NCBI GenBank assembly: GCA_041397345.1
Contig: JAWKWU010000008.1
Coordinates: 8,704-72,703 of the forward strand
Reading direction: 5' to 3'
Origin: Paracoccaceae bacterium
GTDB taxonomy: Bacteria; Pseudomonadota; Alphaproteobacteria; Rhodobacterales; Rhodobacteraceae
Length of the DNA: 64,000 nt
Below, piece after piece: positions 59,357 to 64,000 of the stretch. A program made the position numbers and the translations under genes. The first letter of the stretch is position 1. The number at the start of each line of letters is the position of its first letter. Under the pieces are notes generated by a model that saw only the letters and a program-made list of their open reading frames with translations, did not search any database and was not told the DNA's origin.

Positions 59357-59770
59357 CTATTTCTTCTTCAGCTCGGCCAGGATGTCCTTCAGCAGGTCGG
59401 CTTCCGACGGGCCGGCCGGCTCTGCCGGGGCCTCTTCCTTCTTGGCCATCAGCCGGTTCATCGCCTTGACCAGCATGAAGACCACAAAGCCGATGATGAC
59501 AAAGTTGATCACCGCGGTGATGAAGGCGCCATAGGCAAAGACCGGGTTCCCGGCTTCCTTGGCGGCCGCCAGCGAAACCGGCGTCGCATCCGACAGGCTG
59601 ATGAACATGTCCGAGAAGTTCACGCCCCCCAGGATCAGGCCGATGATGGGGTTGATCAGATCGCCGACCAGGCTGTTGACGATGGCGGTGAATGCCGCAC
59701 CGATGATGATACCCACGGCCAGGTCCATCACGTTGCCCTTCAGCAGAAAGGCCTTGAACTCTTTGATCAT
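59357..59770 (-). CDS. mscL: Large-conductance mechanosensitive channel
   Basis: [25 protein letters not shown]; [11 protein letters not shown]; LLKDI. Confidence 0.96.
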   Translation of the reverse strand: MIKEFKAFLLKGNVMDLAVGIIIGAAFTAIVNSLVGDLINPIIGLILGGVNFSDMFISLSDATPVSLAAAKEAGNPVFAYGAFITAVINFVIIGFVVFMLVKAMNRLMAKKEEAPAEPAGPSEADLLKDILAELKKK

Positions 59771-59929
59771 TCCACGGTTCCCTTGCTGTGCCCTGCGGTT
59801 CTTTCGGCAGGTGCTTTGCCTGCGCGTTCGCGCGCCTTGCCAATATTGCATAGAAATCTTGACAATTTAATCGACAATATTCCCGACGCGCCGGACAGGG
59901 GAATTTTCCGGAAACAATGGCAGCCCGGA

Positions 59930-60877
59930 TCAGCGGGGGGCCGCCGCCCGTGTCAGCCGGTCGTTGATCGCCCGGCCCAGCCCGGTCGCCGGCACCGGGG
60001 CAAAGGCGATGCGGCCCCCCGGTCCGGCCAGCGCGTCGGCCTCGCGCAGGATGTGAAACAGGTTCGCCGCCGCCTCGACCATGTCGCCGGTCTCGCTCAG
60101 GCTCAGGTCGCCCTTGACCGGGCCGAACCCCACCAGGATCTCGCCGGTCTCGGCGGCATGGGCGCCCAGCCGCACCCTTGCCCCCGGCGCGTAATGCGAG
60201 GTCAGCTGGCCGGGCGCGTTCGGGCGCTCGGCATTGCCGGCCGCCTCCAGCCGCTGGCCCAGCGCCGCCTCCAGCGCCTCGGCCGGAATGCCGCCGGGCC
60301 GCAGCAGCGCCGGCGCACCGTCCAGCCCCAGGATGGTCGATTCCACGCCCACCGCGCAGGCCCCGCCGTCGATCACCGCCGCGATGCGCCCCGCCAGACC
60401 TTCCAGCACATGCGCCGCCCGCGTCGGCGACACCCGGCCCGAGGGGTTGGCCGAAGGCGCCGCCACCGGCCGCCCCACCGCGCGCAGCAGCGCCCGCGCC
60501 AGGGGATGCGCCGGCACCCGTATCGCCACGGTCGGCAGCCCCGCCGTCACCAGCGGCGACACGCCCGCATCCGGCCGCAGCGGCAGCACCAGCGTCAGCG
60601 GCCCCGGCCAGAAGGCCAGCGCCACGTTGCGCGCCCGGTCGTCAAAGACCGCAATCCGCTCGGCCGCCGCCAGGTCTGGCAGATGCGCGATCAGCGGGTT
60701 GAACCTTGGCCGCCCCTTGGCCTCGAAGATCCGCGCCACCGCCCGGTCGTCGGTGGCGTCTCCGCCCAGGCCATAGACCGTCTCGGTCGGAAAGGCGACC
60801 AGCTCGCCCGCCCGGATCAGCCCGGCCGCGCGGGCCAGGCCGCTGTCCGTGGCGGAAAGGGTCTCGGTTGCGGGCAT
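59930..60877 (-). CDS. tsaC: L-threonylcarbamoyladenylate synthase (Sua5 type)
   Basis: PTETVYGL, KGRP..NPLI.H, FWPGPLT, APSAN, GVEST, PGQLTSHYAP, DRL.RAA. Confidence 0.94.
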   Translation of the reverse strand: MPATETLSATDSGLARAAGLIRAGELVAFPTETVYGLGGDATDDRAVARIFEAKGRPRFNPLIAHLPDLAAAERIAVFDDRARNVALAFWPGPLTLVLPLRPDAGVSPLVTAGLPTVAIRVPAHPLARALLRAVGRPVAAPSANPSGRVSPTRAAHVLEGLAGRIAAVIDGGACAVGVESTILGLDGAPALLRPGGIPAEALEAALGQRLEAAGNAERPNAPGQLTSHYAPGARVRLGAHAAETGEILVGFGPVKGDLSLSETGDMVEAAANLFHILREADALAGPGGRIAFAPVPATGLGRAINDRLTRAAAPR

Positions 60878-60980
60878 GTGACGCAGCGTCCGTCTTGAAG
60901 GGGGGGCGGGTTTGACTAGCCTGCCCATAGTCGCAAAATGTCTGTCACGACAAGACGTTTCCCAGCAACCGAGGATTCGA

Positions 60981-62681
60981 ATGACGTACCGCGCCCCCTC
61001 TGCCGACCACGAATTCATCCTTCGGCATGTGGTGAATGTGGCGCAGGTCGCGGCAACCGACCGCTATGCCGAGGCAACGCCCGAGACCGTCGCAGCCATC
61101 CTGACCGAGGCGGCGCGGCTTTGCGATGACGTGCTGGCGCCGGTGAACCGCAACGGCGATCTGACCCCGGCGCGGCTGGAAAACGGCGTGGTGCGCAGTT
61201 CTCCGGGCTTTGCCGAGGCCTATCGCGCCATCGCCGCCGGCGGCTGGGTCGGCCTGTCGGCCAGCCCCGACCACGGCGGCATGGGCCTGCCGATGGCGGT
61301 GGCCACCGCCGTGAACGAGATGATGTCGGGCGCCTGCCTGTCGCTGCAACTGAAGCCGCTGTTGTCGCAGGGCCAGATCGAGGCGCTGGAACACCACGCT
61401 TCGGACGAGTTGAAGGCGCTCTACCTGCCAAAGCTGATTTCCGGCGAATGGGCCGGCACGATGAACCTGACCGAACCGCAGGCCGGTTCCGATGTCGGCG
61501 CGCTGCGGACGCGGGCGGAGCCCCGGGGCGACGGCACCTATGCGGTGACGGGGCAAAAGATCTTCATCACCTGGGGCGATTGCGACATCACCGCCAATCA
61601 CTGCCACCTGGTGCTGGCCCGCCTGCCCGATGCCGCGCCGGGGACGCGGGGGATATCGCTGTTCATGGTGCCGAAATTCCTGCCCGATGCCGCCGGCAAT
61701 CCGGGCGCGCGCAACAGCCTCAAGGTCGTCAGCCTGGAACACAAGCTGGGCATCCACGGCTCGCCCACCTGCGTGATGCAGTTCGATGGCGCCACCGGCT
61801 GGCTGGTCGGCGCCGAGAACCGGGGGATGGCGGCGATGTTCACCATGATGAACAACGCCCGGCTGGGGGTGGGCGCGCAGGGTGTGGGCCTGGCCGAGGC
61901 CGCGCTGCAAAAGGCCGTGGCCTTTGCGCAGGACCGGGTTCAGGGCGCCACGGCCGAGGGCGTGCCCGGCATCATCGGCCATGCCGACGTGCGCCGGATG
62001 CTGGCCGAGGCGCGGGCCGAGGTCTTTGCCGCCCGCGCGATTGCCGCGGCCTGCGCGGTGGCGATCGACATGGGCAATGCCACCGGCGATGCCGCCTGGG
62101 CGGCCCGGGCGGCGCTGCTGACGCCCATCGCCAAGGCCTTTGGCACCGAGACCGGCTGCCGCGTGGCGGATGCCGGCGTGCAGGTGCATGGCGGCATGGG
62201 CTTTATCGAGGAAACCGGCGCGGCGCAGTTCCTGCGCGATGCCCGGATCACCCCGATCTACGAAGGCACCAACGGCATCCAGGCGATGGACCTGGTCGGG
62301 CGCAAGCTGGCCGACGGCGGCGAGGCGGCCTTTCGCCTGATCGGCGAGATCGAGGCCGGCGCCCAGGCGGCCCGGCCGGCGCTGCCCGAACTGGCCGAGG
62401 CGCTGTGGTCGGCCGCCGAATCGCTGCGCGAGACGACCGAGGCCCTGCTGGCCCTGTCGCCGGACGACCGGTTCGCCGGCGCCGTGCCCTATCTGCGGGC
62501 CTTTGCGCTGGTGCTGGGGGCGGGCTTCCACCTGACCGCCGCCCAGGCCGATGCGGCCCGCCTGCCGCTGGCGCGGGTGATGATCCTGCGGCTCTTGCCC
62601 GACCATGCGCCGCTCCTGGCGCGGGCACTGCTGGGGGCCGAGGCGCTGTATGCGCTGTCGCCCGAGGCGCTGGCCGGCTGA
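60981..62681 (+). CDS. Acyl-CoA dehydrogenase (DmdC/FadE5-like)
   Basis: GTMNLTEPQAGSD, GQKIFIT, GISLF.VPK, EHKLGIHGSPT, QVHGGMGF, IYEGTNGIQA. Confidence 0.92.
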   Translation: MTYRAPSADHEFILRHVVNVAQVAATDRYAEATPETVAAILTEAARLCDDVLAPVNRNGDLTPARLENGVVRSSPGFAEAYRAIAAGGWVGLSASPDHGGMGLPMAVATAVNEMMSGACLSLQLKPLLSQGQIEALEHHASDELKALYLPKLISGEWAGTMNLTEPQAGSDVGALRTRAEPRGDGTYAVTGQKIFITWGDCDITANHCHLVLARLPDAAPGTRGISLFMVPKFLPDAAGNPGARNSLKVVSLEHKLGIHGSPTCVMQFDGATGWLVGAENRGMAAMFTMMNNARLGVGAQGVGLAEAALQKAVAFAQDRVQGATAEGVPGIIGHADVRRMLAEARAEVFAARAIAAACAVAIDMGNATGDAAWAARAALLTPIAKAFGTETGCRVADAGVQVHGGMGFIEETGAAQFLRDARITPIYEGTNGIQAMDLVGRKLADGGEAAFRLIGEIEAGAQAARPALPELAEALWSAAESLRETTEALLALSPDDRFAGAVPYLRAFALVLGAGFHLTAAQADAARLPLARVMILRLLPDHAPLLARALLGAEALYALSPEALAG

Positions 62682-62731
62682 TCGGCCCGCGCGGGGTTGC
62701 CATCCGGCGCCATCCGGCAGAGGAGGGGGGC

Positions 62732-63754
62732 ATGACCGACGCGATCCACCACCCGTTCCCCGATGCCCCGGCCGAGGGCGAGGCCATCGAGGTGGCGCCC
62801 GGCGTCCTGTGGCTGCGCCTGCCGCTGCCGATGGCGCTGGACCACGTCAACGTCTACGCGCTGCAGGACGGGCCCGGCTGGGCGCTGGTCGATACCGGCA
62901 TGGCCTCGCGCCGCGGCCGCGCCCTGTGGGACCGGCTGCTGGCCGGGCCGCTGGCGGGGCGCCCGGTCACGCGGGTCATCGCCACCCATCACCACCCCGA
63001 CCACATCGGCCTGGCCGGCTGGTTCCAGGACCGCGGCGCCCAGCTCTGGACCAGCCGCGTCGCCTGGTTGTTCGCCCGGATGCTGACGCTGGACGAACAG
63101 CCCCTGCCCACGCCGCAGGCGATGACCTTCTGGCGCCGCGCCGGCCTGTCCGAAGATGCGCTGGCCCGCCGTGGCGCCGAACGGCCGTTCAACTTTGCCG
63201 ATGTGGTGCATCCCTTGCCGGTGGGCTTCAACCGCCTGCAAGAGGGTGACCTGCTGCACCTCGCCGGGCGCGACTGGCAGGTGCGGATCGGCCATGGCCA
63301 CGCCCCCGACCATGTCACGCTCTGGTCCCCCGGCCTGGTCCTGGGCGGCGATCAGCTTTTGCCCGGCATCTCGGCCAATATCGGCGTCTACCCGACCGAG
63401 CCAGAGGCCGATCCCCTGACCGACTGGCTGCAAAGCTGCGCCGCCTTCCAGCCCCATGCGCGCGAGACCGACCTGATCCTGCCCGGCCACAAGCTGCCGT
63501 TCACCGGCCTGCCGTTCCGGCTGCGCCAGATGATCGACAACCACGAAACCGCGCTGGCCCGGCTGACCGACCACCTGGCCCAGCCCCGCAGCGCGGTCGA
63601 GTGCTTTCCGGTTCTGTTCCGCCGCCAGATCGGCCCGGCCGAAGAGGGGCTGGCCCTGGTCGAGGCGGTGGCGCACCTGAACTGCCTCTTGCATCGCGGC
63701 GCCGTGTCGCGTGTGCTGGACGATCACGGGGCCTACCGCTGGGAAAGGGTGTAG
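62732..63754 (+). CDS. MBL-fold metallo-hydrolase
   Basis: LDHVN.Y, VDTG, THHHPDH, GHAPDH, GDQLLP, LPGH. Confidence 0.9.
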   Translation: MTDAIHHPFPDAPAEGEAIEVAPGVLWLRLPLPMALDHVNVYALQDGPGWALVDTGMASRRGRALWDRLLAGPLAGRPVTRVIATHHHPDHIGLAGWFQDRGAQLWTSRVAWLFARMLTLDEQPLPTPQAMTFWRRAGLSEDALARRGAERPFNFADVVHPLPVGFNRLQEGDLLHLAGRDWQVRIGHGHAPDHVTLWSPGLVLGGDQLLPGISANIGVYPTEPEADPLTDWLQSCAAFQPHARETDLILPGHKLPFTGLPFRLRQMIDNHETALARLTDHLAQPRSAVECFPVLFRRQIGPAEEGLALVEAVAHLNCLLHRGAVSRVLDDHGAYRWERV

Positions 63755-63756
63755 CA

Positions 63757-64000
63757 ATGGCGAAACAGACACGGAAACCGGCCGGCAAGGCCAAGCCCGC
63801 GACCACCCCGGCCACCCCGGCGGACAAACCGAAAAGCCCGGCGGACTGGGCCTATGACCGGCTGGTGCTGTATATCCGCAATTTCGAACAGCAGCTCGAT
63901 TCCAGCCAGGAAATCGCCATGGGCTTCGCCGGCGGCGATGCCGGCGTGCTGCAGATCGAGGGCCTGGGCTATTTCGACCCCGACATGATCACCTTTTACG
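63757..64000 (+). CDS. DUF6173-like conserved protein, N-terminal part (runs off window)
   Basis: SPADWAYDRLVLYIRNFEQQLD..QEIAMGF..IEGLGYFDPDMITFY. Confidence 0.7.
   Translation, partial: MAKQTRKPAGKAKPATTPATPADKPKSPADWAYDRLVLYIRNFEQQLDSSQEIAMGFAGGDAGVLQIEGLGYFDPDMITFY

Noticed and set aside
1-64000. CRISPR arrays, tRNA/rRNA, transposases, integrases, prophage or defence genes
   Set aside because: No regularly spaced repeats or diagnostic motifs were found by eye

Overview
High-GC alphaproteobacterial chromosome segment, most likely Rhodobacterales (Paracoccaceae-like), judged from gene content and order. Core genes include ftsX/ftsE, lysA, argH, xth, a CenR-like regulator, ribA, yggS, the major porin, leuS-lptE-holA, trcR (DUF1013), rpsU, ald, mscL and a Sua5-type tsaC. 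Three accessory modules are interspersed. (1) A FecR / Crp(Clr-like) / CHASE2-adenylate cyclase signalling cassette, followed by a perfect Clr-type box (TGTT-N8-AACA) upstream of a small amicyanin-like cupredoxin. (2) A LysR-controlled polyamine ABC transporter plus aminobutyraldehyde dehydrogenase. (3) A 14.6-kb TetR-controlled catabolic island: a non-pyrrolysine MttB methyltransferase, a TMADH-family flavoprotein with a remodelled active site, three different amide/ester hydrolases and an Opp-type importer. Non-coding highlights are a SorX-like sRNA with a second paralogous copy, a candidate CtrA-driven structured RNA between convergent genes, and a REP-like palindrome whose insertion preserves translational coupling. 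Several genes carry single-base indels that look like long-read sequencing errors rather than true pseudogenes. No tRNA, rRNA, CRISPR array or transposase was seen.
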